A DNA stretch of 63,539 nt, counting the filler, from Rhabdomonas costata (Eukaryota), in the NCBI GenBank assembly GCA_019059605.1. It is 29 parts of 29 records of this genome, joined end to end, with 100 filler letters (N's around TTAATTAATTAA, not from the genome) between each part and the next. Parts side by side here need not be neighbours in the genome. Positions count along the whole stretch, not along the records: positions 10,978 to 13,073 come from JAHMHO010005691.1; positions 13,174 to 15,267 come from JAHMHO010005692.1; positions 15,368 to 17,465 come from JAHMHO010005693.1; positions 17,566 to 19,661 come from JAHMHO010005694.1; positions 19,762 to 21,859 come from JAHMHO010005695.1; positions 21,960 to 24,054 come from JAHMHO010005696.1; positions 24,155 to 26,249 come from JAHMHO010005697.1; 22 more parts are not named here. The stretch is one strand, 5' to 3'. How positions within the stretch are numbered: position 1 is the stretch's first letter; every line of letters starts with the position of its first letter. A program made the translations under genes and the position numbers. The notes beneath the pieces are model-generated. The model did no database searches. It saw only the letters and a list, made by a program, of their open reading frames with translations, and had not been told where the DNA came from. Shown in pieces: positions 12,134 through 24,500 of the stretch.

Positions 12134-12878
12134 CTGGGTGTTAAAAAGAAAAGGGCAGATAAACCGGTTGGTAAACTCAAGGGTATTACAATACCACCAT
12201 ATATGGGCCCCTACAGGCCCGTTGTGAGTTGTGATCAGATTATGACACCCTTGCCCAGGTCCTCCGGTGCGGCTCCGTCTCCGGTCCAAGGGGGCCTATA
12301 CCGGAAGTTAACAAGCGAAAACGGTGAAGACTATAGAAGCTAGTGCCCCCCCCCCCAATTTCCAGGTGTCCCCTGACGATTGTTGCAGCTCCGGAGGCCC
12401 GAAGAAGAGGAGAGATGGGAGCTAAATGAAGACCCCCCAGAAGGACAAAGAGAGAATCTCGTATATACGCGAACATTTTCCCCAAATTCCCCCTTAACCC
12501 TACTAACCCTACTAACTAAACCCAACACTGCACTCCCCCGAGCACGGTCGGTGGGTGGTTCGTGGTTTCAATGTGCATAGCGGGTTTCAGGCACCAGGCA
12601 CTGCTTGTGCGGTGGTCGTCGCGACCTGCTGCAACCCTGAAAGTGTCTGAATTGTAGCTGTGGACGGTGGTTATGATTGCGGTTGGTGGTTCGCGGTTCC
12701 GTTCTCGAGTATTCGTTTCTGTCTCAGGTGCAGGTGCGTCAGGCCCCACCCTCTGAAACTGTCCCTGCCCAAGCCCCGCAGCGCTCCCGCTCGCAGAACC
12801 GCTTTGTTAACGTCGGCGGGCGGCAGCTCTACGTTACGAACGCGGGCAGCACTACGACACGGCGCAGCACCATGCCCC

Positions 12879-12917
12879 TGCCGCGCCTGCGGTGCCTACC
12901 ACTGGAGCTGGCAGTGC
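12879..12917 (+). mobile_element. Gag-like zinc knuckle remnant (CRACGAYHWSWQC)
   Basis: Cx2Cx3Hx4C spacing in a broken GC-rich frame, on the strand opposite the dCache gene. Confidence 0.4.
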
Positions 12918-13828
12918 CCAATCCAACTCGCCCGTTTCCAACAACTCCCATGCAACCTCAGCAAAACTCCTCTGTGGGAGGGGGCCCTGTCGTTCAGCCC
13001 ACCTCCCTCTGACACCAACGCACGGGATCCTCTCACACCAGTACCAGACCCCAACCCTCAACCCCTTCCCCCANNNNNNNNNNNNNNNNNNNNNNNNNNN
13101 NNNNNNNNNNNNNNNNNTTAATTAATTAANNNNNNNNNNNNNNNNNNNNNNNNNNNNNNNNNNNNNNNNNNNNGTTGGTGGGGGGCATGCTGCTGTTGCC
13201 TGCAGTGGGCCTGACCCGCTACTGGAGAGCGAAAAACGCCCCGCAGGTGGAGCTCGATTTTTGTTTGTAGCTTCGTTGCAGTTGGGCCCAATTGAACGGG
13301 GATCTGTGACTGCTATTACAACGTTACGGCGTTACGACGCTGTAAGTCGTTCGTTGGAATCGTTAGAACCTTTCGGAAGAGAAGTGAGTTGGGAGATGAG
13401 GCATCTGTGTCCAGTGGCATTTTACCAGGGTTGCTTTGCTAGAGGATGGAGGACGATGCACGCACTCACCTATTTTATCAACGGTGTCTCGAGATCATTG
13501 GGGCTATTTTCACCAAGTTTTTTTCCGCATGTCATGTTTGGTGGTTACCAATGGTAGTCAGAATCGGGAAAATGGTTCTGAAAGTTGATTCCTTTTCTGG
13601 GCCTCGCAGGGGGTTAGAACATGATGTGCTTCATCCCGGAAGTCACCCCCGCACCCTCCACCCCTTGTCTGTTGGTTGCCAGTGGTTACTCTGGTACGCC
13701 TACTCCTCGCTCGGAGTACCACACCCCGCAGTTGGGATGGTTGTGAGAATCGTGAGTGCGTGTGGTTTATCTTCTGTACGTCCACCCATTTCCCTCGCTG
13801 TATATATCTGCTGTTGGCTGCTGCACAG

Positions 13829-15232
13829 GTTGAAGCTCGGGAGGCTCGGAGGGCCGCGCGGGAGGCTAAGATACTAGATTATGCCGGGATTCACCTGCCT
13901 GAGTTCGAAGATGGAGTCCCGGCCAAGAAACCCAGGCAGAAATACAGGCACTCGATGCTCCAGGTGCACCCTTTGCGTTCTTTCCTGTCACGCCGCTCCC
14001 CCTTTTGCCGCGTGTGCTTCTGAATTTGCACCATTTGACTGCACTCAACATAAGATTATCTCTCGGATTAAAAGCTACTAACTAACAGTATATACTCACT
14101 GCCAGATTCGAAGACGGCATTCAGGCACGGCTATATCGCCCTGAAAAAGCATTCTGCAGCCTTGAGCCGCGGAGCGGTCCAAGATTACTGGTGCTTGAGG
14201 GTGGGGTGGAGAGTTGCCCTTGTTCTTGAGGAGAGGTTCTAGCTTTCCCAGTGTTCGAGGGCCGTTGACCAACCCCAAGATGAGGTTATCGGACTCATAA
14301 GGGTTAGTAGGGGGCGATGCAGGTATATTGGGCACCGCCCGGGTTTGGGGTCGGCGTACGTGCTGCAAGATTTCGTTACTGGCCTTGGTGAATCTTGCAT
14401 CGCATTGCTTGTGTGACGAGGAGCAGGATGAGTAATCGGTAGGAGTGCCTAGAATTCGTTCATCGCTCCAGGCCTTTTTTATTTTATGACCTCAGAAGCG
14501 GAGGGTTTCTTTCCCTTTAGATCCTGGTCGCCAGCCTGGTGATCGTGCTTTTCCTGATCTACCCCACGCTGCTGCGTAGCTGTGCGAATATGTTCAAGTG
14601 CCAGGACATTGAAGTGGCCAAGGGGGACGTTCGGTCCTACCTTATCGTGGACATGAGGTGTGCCTTCGCATTACCCATGCGCCGACCACCTTCCTTCGCA
14701 TTCTTGCACGAGGGTTTGGACTGAGGCTGAAGTGCATGTATGATTCGAGAGGTGGACCACTTCACTTCTTTTCCCGTTGGGAATGGTCGCCCCCGCTCAC
14801 AAACACTGTCTTTTAAACCCACCCAATGATGACGGAAAAGTTACCCACCGCAATGTCTTGTGCACTTCGTGTGTGTGCATCCTGATTCCGTGTATTTCCT
14901 GTGTGCGGCTCGGTCGGGTAGCGCTGCGCCAGTCCAAGGGCAACACTCATTCCTTCAGAAAACCATTGTTGGTGTCAAATCGATGCGGAATCGGACGCGC
15001 ACCGCGTTTTCGCGGCGCGTGCCTCGGGTTGGATGCAGGATACACACACCACACACCGCGTGATAGCTCTTTTGTACTTTTTTTCTCGATGTGCATGCTG
15101 TTTTCTGCAGGATTGAGTGCACGGGAGGATACTACCTGTATCAAATGCTCTCCGTGTTGTTCGCGCTGGTGTACGGGCTGGGCATTCCCCTGGCCGCTGT
15201 CTTGGGCGTGTTAATTTATATGCATTTCAGAG
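13829..15232 (+). CDS. Multi-pass membrane protein of a common protist 7TM-like family, exons 13829-13963, 14521-14657, 15111-15232
   Basis: Phase-consistent GT-AG exons giving ILVASLVIVLFLIYPTLLRSCANMFKC…YLIVDMRIEC…LVYGLGIPLAAVL. Confidence 0.75.
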
Positions 15233-15746
15233 GTCCTTCACCTCCTTCACCGCCCCCCCTCCCCAAANNNNNNNNNNNNNNNNNNNNNNNNNNNNNNNNN
15301 NNNNNNNNNNNTTAATTAATTAANNNNNNNNNNNNNNNNNNNNNNNNNNNNNNNNNNNNNNNNNNNNGGTAACGAAGCAACATTTTCCAAAATACTTTGA
15401 ACAACCAAGGTTTTGCCCCCCCCCCTTATCAATGTTGGGTAAGACAGTTTTGCTAACCAACATTGAAAAATGAGGGGGGGGGTGTACAATTCCATTACGG
15501 AAAACGTTGTCTGAAAATGACTTTTTCGCAACGGCGGATTCCCAGCACCTAAACCTCCCGATTTTACCGCCCCCCCCCCAGGGTGGTGACACAGAAGCCT
15601 ACGGCGTCGCTCCGCTCCGTGCTAAACTATGGCGGAAGCACACAAGTAAGGTTGAAAAGAGAGATATTCATGGATTTAAATGGCGATTTTGCGCGAATCA
15701 ACACTGAAAGTGGTAAAAATCGACATTTGGGGGGTTTATCAGAGAC

Positions 15747-15782
15747 AAAATAGCCTAAAATAGCCTAAAATAGCCTAAAATA
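15747..15782. repeat. Tandem repeat (AAAATAGCCT)x3+
   Basis: Directly visible: aaaatagcct aaaatagcct aaaatagcct aaaata. Confidence 0.9.
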
Positions 15783-15879
15783 CCCCGAAAGGTCCTGAAA
15801 TAAGACCTAAAGACGAGAAACGAGGGTAAAACGAACATTAAATTGATATAAACGGAAAAACCAGCCCTAATTATTCACT

Positions 15880-16080
15880 GTATTGCGTTTTCTTCCTACC
15901 AATAACCGATTGGTCACGATGCCCAAACGATGCCCAAGACAATTTCCTCGATACCCAGCACGATGGCCCTTATTTTTGACGATGCCCAGTATTGTGTAAA
16001 GGGTTATAAATAATTAGACCCTTTATAAAAAATGCTGGACTTCGTCAAAATAACGGGCAACGTGGTGGGCATCGTACAAA
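15880..16080. mobile_element. Dispersed palindromic CGATGCCC repeat, copy 2
   Basis: Starts gtattgcgttttcttcctaccaataaccgattggtcacgatgccc, like 10391, and is colinear to gggcatcgtacaaa. Confidence 0.75.
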
Positions 16081-16393
16081 GGGTTCATGTTTCAAAATGT
16101 TTTTGTTTCCCCGTCACGGGATAATTCTCAAGTCAAATGCTATCAGACACAGCCCAGGGGACAGCACTAGGGGAAAATTGCCCCACCGAAGGAAGGTGGG
16201 CAGTTGACATAAAAATCATTACAATCGCAGTTAGTCCAAAGTTGTCCAAGCTATGCCATGCGCAGTGCGGTATGTTCTCACAAGTAGCGCAGCAGTCATG
16301 GGGGTTCCGATCACTGAAAGAAAGGAGAATTCAGAGCATAGGAAGTTTCCGGGAATGCAGAGAAAGCAACCCCCTCAAGGTTCCGGTGCTTGA

Positions 16394-16954
16394 TTACTCC
16401 ACGATTCGGATGACTGCGGGGGTGTACATCGTCACCACCACCACAGCATCCTCGGTGTACCCCAACTGCAGTGGGGACGCCGCGCCGCCCCAAACCGTGG
16501 CCCCATCGACGCTGAATTCCACGGTGCCCCCGGTGGGGTCCTCGGGATTGCTGCGGTCCACGATGACCTGCACTCGAAGCCCGGGCTTCAGCGGGAGTCG
16601 TTCCTTTTCCAAGCGGTTGCCGTTGTGAAAGCGAATGCCATTGCCTATCAAGCACAGCCCAGGGGACCATGCGCTCTCCCCGGGGACCTTGTCCTCGCGC
16701 TGTGGGAGGTCCAGGCACGAGCTTACCGGGGCCAAACCAAAGCATATACCTTCGCCCCCTGTTTCCGTCACGTCAAAGGTGATTACGGTGGGGCCGGGCT
16801 GGCCCATGGAGAGCACAGCAGTGAGGCGCGCGCTGTGCCACTTGCGGTTGGCATCAGAGGCGCTGAGCCGCAGCTCGTCTCTTTGTAGGGTGGCATTGGT
16901 GCGCAGCCGCGGCGCACACCCCGTAGGGCCCTCGGCGAACCGAGGGACTTGCCC
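16394..16954 (-). CDS. Terminal exon with a SPRY/B30.2-like domain
   Basis: Acceptor ctctcag|GGG at 16954, open to TAA. Beta-rich SPRY pattern: FDVTE..GICFGLA…PG…G.RFHNG…LKPGLRVQVIVD…GTVEFSVDG. Confidence 0.7.
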   Translation of the reverse strand, partial: GQVPRFAEGPTGCAPRLRTNATLQRDELRLSASDANRKWHSARLTAVLSMGQPGPTVITFDVTETGGEGICFGLAPVSSCLDLPQREDKVPGESAWSPGLCLIGNGIRFHNGNRLEKERLPLKPGLRVQVIVDRSNPEDPTGGTVEFSVDGATVWGGAASPLQLGYTEDAVVVVTMYTPAVIRIVE

Positions 16955-18039
16955 CTGAGAGCAGCAAAAATAACAAAAAGCGGCTATAAACAGCAAGTGT
17001 GGGACATGCAAAGAGGTCACCGACCCGTGGTGGCAAGCAAACCAGGCAGCAAACCAGTGAGGCATGACATAATCATCTTCAGTGTCCAAGGGGACGTGTG
17101 AACGTTATTTACATCCGCCCAACACACCTGCCCATCCCCTTCGATTTGTCCTTTGCGCATCGAGGCAATGTCCTTCCCCTCTTATGACTGTTTGCTTTTT
17201 GCGCTTTTACTCCGCAACTCGGAACTTCTTCACCGCGCAAGTCTTGGTTTTTGTCAATCTCCTCTTTTTTTGCCGCTCCTCGCACGTTTCCTTTTCGAAA
17301 AAACCTTCTCGTTGTCATCCGAATGGTGTTGCCTTTATCCACTTACCCCAAAGAAAAGTGTTCAGTAGTACCATGCCTTCCATTCTAACAACTTTCGCTT
17401 CCTCACCATTTGGTTGGTTCCAGCCATATCCTCTGCCCTGTCATTCATCAATTGCACCCAACACANNNNNNNNNNNNNNNNNNNNNNNNNNNNNNNNNNN
17501 NNNNNNNNNTTAATTAATTAANNNNNNNNNNNNNNNNNNNNNNNNNNNNNNNNNNNNNNNNNNNNGTTGTTGTGGCAAACATATGAAAATGTGTGGCCGG
17601 GAGAAAACGCACGTAGGAAGAAGGCACGCCCTCAAGAAGAGTTCCGGGAATTTGTTGGTGTCTGTGAAACTCTCTCCTGAGGAAAGGGTTGCGGACTCAT
17701 CTGACCGAAACTGAAACTTTTGGCAGAAAATGGTGGTGCCAATGACTAAGGATGAGGAGGATGAGGAGGATGGCAGATTCAGCGCTGGAACCGAGTACAC
17801 CGCATTTTCAGTCCAGGTCAGGAAAATAGGTGTCAAAGGTCACAACAATGCGAAATCACTGCAAACATTTTCCGGCTGAAACATCAGTGGGAAGGAAATC
17901 GTAAGTGACAGGGATTCGGGTTAGGGTCAGGGAAAAAAAGAAAAAAAAGACGGCTTATTATTATTATTAATTATGAAGGTTTCAAAAGTGTTTCATCATT
18001 TAGTGGTGGAATTACCCAGCCCTCCCTCACCCCTTGTAC

Positions 18040-19438
18040 CTTGCCAAAGGTCAGGACTCGGCGCAGAAAGTCCAGGTTAGCATTCGCAAGAGCCTCCGCC
18101 ATTCCCGCTGCTTTGGGCCTCTGTGGGGTGACTGCAGAAGGAAGGTTGCGGCACAGCGCCGCGGCGACGCCGCTGTGGTTGCGCGCGAACGCGAGGTCCG
18201 CCGCAGTGTGCCCCGACGCGCTCTCCAAGGACAAGTCCGCACCTGAAGGGAACCACCAAACACACATACAAAGTCAAAGACGTTGTATGCAGACAATTCC
18301 CTAAACCAAAACTCATTAACTTGGTGCAATTCATCGAACCCTTCCGACGGCATGGTGCCGTGGCACGCTTCGGCTTTCTTCTTTCGAACAGAACACGGCA
18401 GCCTCTGGAAGGAACGTATCTAAGACGTACAGTGCACCACCTCGCAGTCCAATACCCGGAACAGCCAGAAGGGACAGCATACACACGCTTCTACTCCTGA
18501 GGCACGTCCTAGTGCGCCAATAGGCCGTAACCACTGCGGGCAGTCACCTTTGGAGATCAGTAGCTCCACGAGCTCGAGGTGCCCATTGGCCGCGGCGCAC
18601 ATCAGAGGGGTCAGTCCCGCCGCAGTTTGCGCATTGATGTCCGCCCCTGCGAGAAGCAGGGTCCAAAAATCTCCAAAAATTCATACAGCACCGGTGCGGT
18701 AAATCTAGCCCCATTCAGTCAAATCATTGCTTACATTACTTATGGGGTGCATTTTAACCCATTGCAGTCGGAAACTAACATCAATATGCCATCACATCGC
18801 GGCATCAACCGCCCGCACTAACCTCTGCCCCAAATGAATGTGCGCCATTCGTTCGGCAAAGTTCGAAAACGTTCAGCCGTTCAAAGTTCAACGTACCCCC
18901 GTTTACAACGTACTTGCACATCGCACGTCTGCTCGCAGCGGCGCAGTTTGTCAGGATGACTGCACAGCCTCAAGCACAACTGCTCACATTGCAAAGCGGG
19001 TCACAGAAGCAGGACCCACGGACACCTAGCTCATGGATGTATGTATACCAAGCACGCGCGCGCGCTGACAGGAAACCTCTCTCGAGCAACAGCTCGACGG
19101 CGAGGATTTTGCCGGCGGTGCAGCAGTGATGTAGCGCGGTGCACCCATGACTGTCTGTATCACTGACCTGATCACAAAAGGGGCAGCCGAAAGAAGGCAT
19201 GTCCTCAAAAGGAAAGCTACCCAGGTCTGCTGCAGACAAACTTGGAGCAGATGCGGAAACAAAATGAGAGCGAGGCAGGGAAGCGAGGAGTGCCTGGCAG
19301 CGACGAAGTCCAAACCTTCCGTCCGGCGTCCAGAAGCTTCCGCATCAGGTCCAGGTCGCCCAGAGCCGCAGCGTTGGGCAGCGTACCGGTGACCTCCGGC
19401 ACGGCCACCGGCTTGCGCTTCACACGGGAGGTGGCCAT
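18040..19438 (-). CDS. Ankyrin-repeat protein, 5' exons 19438-19316, 19167-19077, 18646-18548, 18242-18040
   Basis: All junctions are GT-AG and phase-consistent. Motifs [46 protein letters not shown] and SGHTAADLA. Confidence 0.92.
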
Positions 19439-20952
19439 TCACAGAATCCACTACCCAACACTTCCCTCGAAACCACAATCAAAGAGAAAGCTGGACACCC
19501 TGTGGAAAGGCATGGATAGGTACAACAATGTATCTATAGATGGACTCACCAGCGGAAACATCAGACTGCAGAAGGGATTATCCTGAGACAGGGACGGATG
19601 TCCAATAGAAGGTTGAAGTGCTGATCCTGCTCCTTCAGTAAATGAAACACACAAACCCCACNNNNNNNNNNNNNNNNNNNNNNNNNNNNNNNNNNNNNNN
19701 NNNNNTTAATTAATTAANNNNNNNNNNNNNNNNNNNNNNNNNNNNNNNNNNNNNNNNNNNNGTTGTTGTTTCATTGGCTTGTTTTTGTCCTGCGTCTCTA
19801 GGATTTCAGCGGACAATTGCACTTCTAACATTCTCGCTATCAAACACTTCTAGTCCTAAAATTCCACCACACATGGCTGATTGACTGATCAGCTCGTCCA
19901 ATGCGTTCAGTGCAAAGCCAAACCCTTCAAGTTCCAGTAGCAGCTTGTGGTAATTTTATGGGTTTTTTGCGTGTGGTCCATACGATTGTGTACTCCGTTT
20001 ACGCTGTTTCCTGTTTTTTACTAGGGGATGCTCTGATTGTTGTCTTCGGGCAGCAGTTCCTGTGCCCCCGCTATGCAACCATTCTTGCGCTGAACTGTGC
20101 GCTGCAAATCCAGAGCCGCTTTGGCACATACAAGGTTACGGTTCCGGGCAAGGCTGGCGCAGGTACGTCTGTTCTTTGCCAGTCGACTGGCTTCGAACTA
20201 TTTTTTTTAATTGGACCCTGTATGCGCACAAGCAATGGCTTCTTGATATGCATCGCCCGTGGGTCTGCGTCAGTTTGAGAAATCTGCCACTTTGTGAGCT
20301 CTCTGTTTTGTGTGCACTGCATCCCAAATGTATGTTTTGTCATCCGCGAAATATGAACGTGTGGAAATGTCCATGACCCGGTCTGTGTTGCACATTTCTT
20401 GCCAGCAAGAAATGGCTTCGTTTATTGGCGCTCGTTGGGCTGCATCAGCTTTGAGAACGCCAACACTTTTGCGAGCTGTGCGGATGCACCTCGTGTGTGC
20501 TGCACTGCATTTCACAATGTTACTTACTGCGCTGTGTCTGGTAGGTGCATTGGTGAATGTAAGAAGGATGCAAAAAGTTAAGTAAAAATCCACTCCAGAA
20601 AAATGGAAAAAAGTAAGCAAGAAACCACCGAACTTCTGAAGCATCCTGGTTAGGTTCAGAGGAGTTTTGTCAGCGTTTCGCCAAAACCTTGGCCTGGTTT
20701 CCTGGTTGGTTTCAATGAGGTTTAGTCCGCGTTTCGCCTTCGCTTTTAGACGAGGAGCTGGAGCTGGCGCTGCACATTGGCCTGGCCTACGGGCGAATGA
20801 CGTCAATGGCTGTGGGTGGCGTGGGAGACCACTGGCACCGCGTGATTGCCGGGGAACCGTTCACCCAACTTTCTGTCGGTTTCTGCGTTGCGCACAGTTA
20901 TTTTTGCTCAGACTGCTGTACTGATGCATTCACTGTATTTGGCTTCATTTCG

Positions 20953-21229
20953 CTACACTGCTTGGTGCACAGCAGATTTTTTCTCACTTCTCTTTCTGAG
21001 TTTTTTTTTGAGCTTCTGGGGGGCCGACACTTTGACTAGCCCTGGAAAGGCCTCCTCGAAGTTCCGCTCTTCCCCCACCGTTCGGCAGGGGGGAGCCGCC
21101 GGCGGCACAGCGGGTGGGGCCGGGGAGCTGTCCTGAAGCTTCGGCCTCTCGGAGCTGCTCACCTCCTCCCTACCGAAGGAGTTAAACGTGAACGCCATTG
21201 AGGTCACCGTGCTGCCCAAGAGACTCTTC
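20953..21229 (-). CDS. Probable terminal exon, unknown Pro-rich protein with a basic tail
   Basis: Polypyrimidine tract plus CAG acceptor, GC-rich open frame to TAG. Confidence 0.45.
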
Positions 21230-21762
21230 TGCAGGCAGCTACCAGGGTCTTCCCTCCCAAAGGAAGGAAACAAGTCTGAGAAGGGAAGAAAGGAAGATGT
21301 CCCAAAACGATTCGGGGGATGAAACGACGCAACGCTAGTACTTACAAAAACCCCGAACATTAGCCCTAAACAAAACCCCAAAGAGATGAGTGTGAGTGGA
21401 CGTGCCAAATACCACATGCTTCACACCCCTGCAAGGATTTCTCGCCACAGAGGTGGCACGGACACGTGCAGGCGGCGAGTGGCCTGTTGTCTTGAGTTGA
21501 GCCGGCACCCCACGTCTGATAACAGTATCTCACGAAACCCCATTTAGCTCCATACCTGAGGAAACGTTGTCATGCGGTAGGATACCAAAATATAAGTGCA
21601 GTGAGTGCACAGAGAGCGGAGTGTGGTGCACCAAAAAGCATGAGAATGAAAGTGGGGAGCCGAGAGGGTAACTTATAACAGTAGTTCTTTTGGACACAAC
21701 TATCGGACGCACGCTTGTTTGGTTAGGGGTTTTTCTTTTCATCCATGCTCTCCTTCACGTAT

Positions 21763-21838
21763 GTGCGTGTGTGTGTGTGTGTGTGTGCGTGTGTGTGTGT
21801 GTGTGCGTGTGCGTGTGCGTGTGCGTGTGCGTGTGTGC
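21763..21838. repeat. (GT)n/(GTGTGC)n microsatellite
   Basis: Directly visible. Similar (CA)n tracts lie at ~41107-41138, ~42881-42906 and ~47836-47908. Confidence 0.95.
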
Positions 21839-21973
21839 GGGGGCGGGGGGGCGGGCGGGNNNNNNNNNNNNNNNNNNNNNNNNNNNNNNNNNNNNNNNNN
21901 NNNTTAATTAATTAANNNNNNNNNNNNNNNNNNNNNNNNNNNNNNNNNNNNNNNNNNNNGTTTTTTTTGCTGT

Positions 21974-24054
21974 TTGAACCGCGAGAACATCCGCCTGCTT
22001 CTTTCGTTGCATACGTACTGGAATGCCACTGCAGACGACTGGTGTTTAAAGTTAAACCTGATTTCGAGAGAGCCAAGTCATCCTCTTCCACCTCCACCTG
22101 AACCGTTTTACGAGACTCCTCCCCATGGTTTACACCATCAGAATGTAAATACGGTTTACACTCTGGAAAGCCGTTCCAACCTCGTCTGCTACGTTGGATC
22201 AGCTGAAAATGTCTTCAGAAGATTTCAACAGCACAATGCCAAGAGGCTCCGCGGATCAGGACTGGGTAATGAGAGCCTGCATTTTGGGTTTCGGCCTACA
22301 GTGTCGAGACTGTTCTTCGACACAAGCCTGCAACCACACACATCCATTTTTTGAATGGCTTCGTCTTGCTCGCTCTATGGTAGAAGAAGAAAACTCCACT
22401 GGAATTGTTCCGCTGTCGACAATTCTCTTGTGACTTTTCTGTGTATTGAGCCTGTTTTCGACAGTGGCTGTGGGTGCCAGCTTACTATTTTCTCCTTAAC
22501 CTCATCCAAAAAGCTAAAGTTGACTCCCATAGTCTTACTGTCTTTGGCCATCTTTCATTTAATTTACAATTCAAGAAAGCATGCAATCACTCCGGCGGAT
22601 TTCCGCGTGGAAAAATGTGCGCGCGCAAAAATGAGTTTGATAACAAAAACGTGAATGCTGATGTAATCCGCAAATGCACGTCTTTCCCCTGTGCATATGA
22701 AGTTACTCACATTTTTCCACCGCGCACACGCCAGAGATAGAGGTTCAAGTCTTCCTGTTTTAAACGTTGTACGTCCCATTTAATGGATTTTCCCTTTGCC
22801 ACAGACAAGACTTTCATGGATTCTTTTCAGAGTTAGCGGCACGTCCGAACTGGAAAAGAGTGATTTCTACCGGTTTTGCAACTTGCCCTGGGGACTGGAA
22901 TCTGTTTCAGGGCTCCAGATGAACTTTTGAAAATTTTGACATTTTTCCGCCTGGAGCGTGGTTTGAACAAGAGACACTGTAAAAAACGCCTTTGGCGAGC
23001 AAGGGGCTTAACAACTAGGGTATATTTGGAAACTTGTAGCTGCAGTTCCATGGTAGGCCCGCACGTACCACCAGGGAAGAAAAACCGATTTTTCAGATCC
23101 TTACCTTTTTTGCTTACCGTCCTTTGTGGGGACCCTCCACAACTCGTGGCATCATCGCCTGCCCCAGTGGACAAACCAACTAGGTGCGTTGAAAGCAATA
23201 TGGGATTTGAACCTGCGCTGTCAGATATGCTAAACACTGCCTAATAACGCAACTATTGCTAATACTGAGATAAAGAAGCTATACGCAGAATTTCTGATCA
23301 CCTTTTCACAATCACCTCATTTGTGTGTTCATGAGCATCATATCTAGTAGGTTTTGCTTGCACAGAAGATTTTAGAATCAAAGTTTTTACTCCGCATGCT
23401 CGTGGAAACCCATTCTGCTGGGTTCCAGTCTGCATTACCACAATTTCTCGGTCATGCTGCAAAATCTCAAAATCCGCACGAACAGCACTGCCACTAATGT
23501 GTCCAGGAACCGTTCTTTTGTGTGGTGGGGGTTGGTGGTGAGGTTTCATCTTCTCGACCGACATGGTGGGGTGCGAGGTTTAAAACATTGGGAGTTGCGA
23601 GTAGATGGTAGAGGACAATTTAACAGTTTGTACGCGCCGCGTCTCAACATCTGTTCTTCCAATACTGCAAATTCATATATTCTTGCAGACAGAGCCATTC
23701 ACGGATGGGGGCTCACACACAAACACTAAAAGAACCTTTTGGACCAAACTTTTCGGCTTTTTTGGATGAAAAAAGGCCATGATGAGGTTCAGGAAGTGTT
23801 TTAGTTGCGTTTCACGTTACCAAAAGAGGTAGTGGGGATGAATGGGGCCACACTTCCGCTGCATGAATCCAATACCATCACTGAGACAAGGAAAAATTTC
23901 GCGCTTGCTGGGATTTAACGGTTTCCTGGCCTGATTAGACTTTACAGTGAGCTTCCAGAGGGCATAACTCAATATATTCGAGGAGAAACATGGCACTTGA
24001 GGTGCAAAACCACTTTTATTTTGCATCCTGTAGTGAAGGAGAAATCAAAACTCA
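21974..24054 (+). mobile_element. Decayed Penelope-like retroelement: GIY-YIG endonuclease followed by RT/thumb remnants
   Basis: GIY-YIG: VYTLES…YVGSAENVFRRFQQHN (22154-22237). RT-like remnants in order across shifting frames: TLPNNATIANTEIKKLY (23234-23284), GLVVRFHL (~23530), RW(V)ED (23603-23616), FLD (23759-23767), SRYQK (23812-23826), HFRCMNP…ISRLL (from 23851). Confidence 0.65.
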
Positions 24055-24154
24055 NNNNNNNNNNNNNNNNNNNNNNNNNNNNNNNNNNNNNNNNNNNNTT
24101 AATTAATTAANNNNNNNNNNNNNNNNNNNNNNNNNNNNNNNNNNNNNNNNNNNN

Positions 24155-24500
24155 CCTTGAGCAGTTTGACAGGTGTGTTTGGGAACAGTAGCCCTTTGTG
24201 AAACTGCGACACGTATGCTGGAATCATTCCAACTCCATGGCTATCGTGACCTTTCAGATTAGCTTCAACCTAAAAACAAAGGAACAACGCTCAGATCGGA
24301 AAAAACCTTCGGAGAAGGAACAAAAAGAGCAAGTGCACTTCTGCACATTCACAAACCAGATGCTCAGCCACAACGGCAGCTTCTTCACTTTCGCTTCCTG
24401 TTGCACGAACGATGGTTTCCGTCACCCGCAGCAGGGAAGCAGGAGTCAGGGTGCGGACGCCTGAAGCGCCTCTGAGCATCCATATGTTTCGGAAAAACAT
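24155..24500 (-). CDS. ybiC: Malate/L-lactate dehydrogenase (Ldh_2) family, YbiC/HcxB-like, 5' exons 24500-24357 and 24269-24155
   Basis: Removing the 87-nt GT-AG intron gives …ATGSESEEAAVVAEHL|VEANLKGHDSHGVGMIPAYV…, with the family-diagnostic GHDSHG motif. Confidence 0.88.

Noticed and set aside
12494-12523. TAACCC-like units (telomere-like)
   Set aside because: Only 2-3 imperfect units, internal to a contig.
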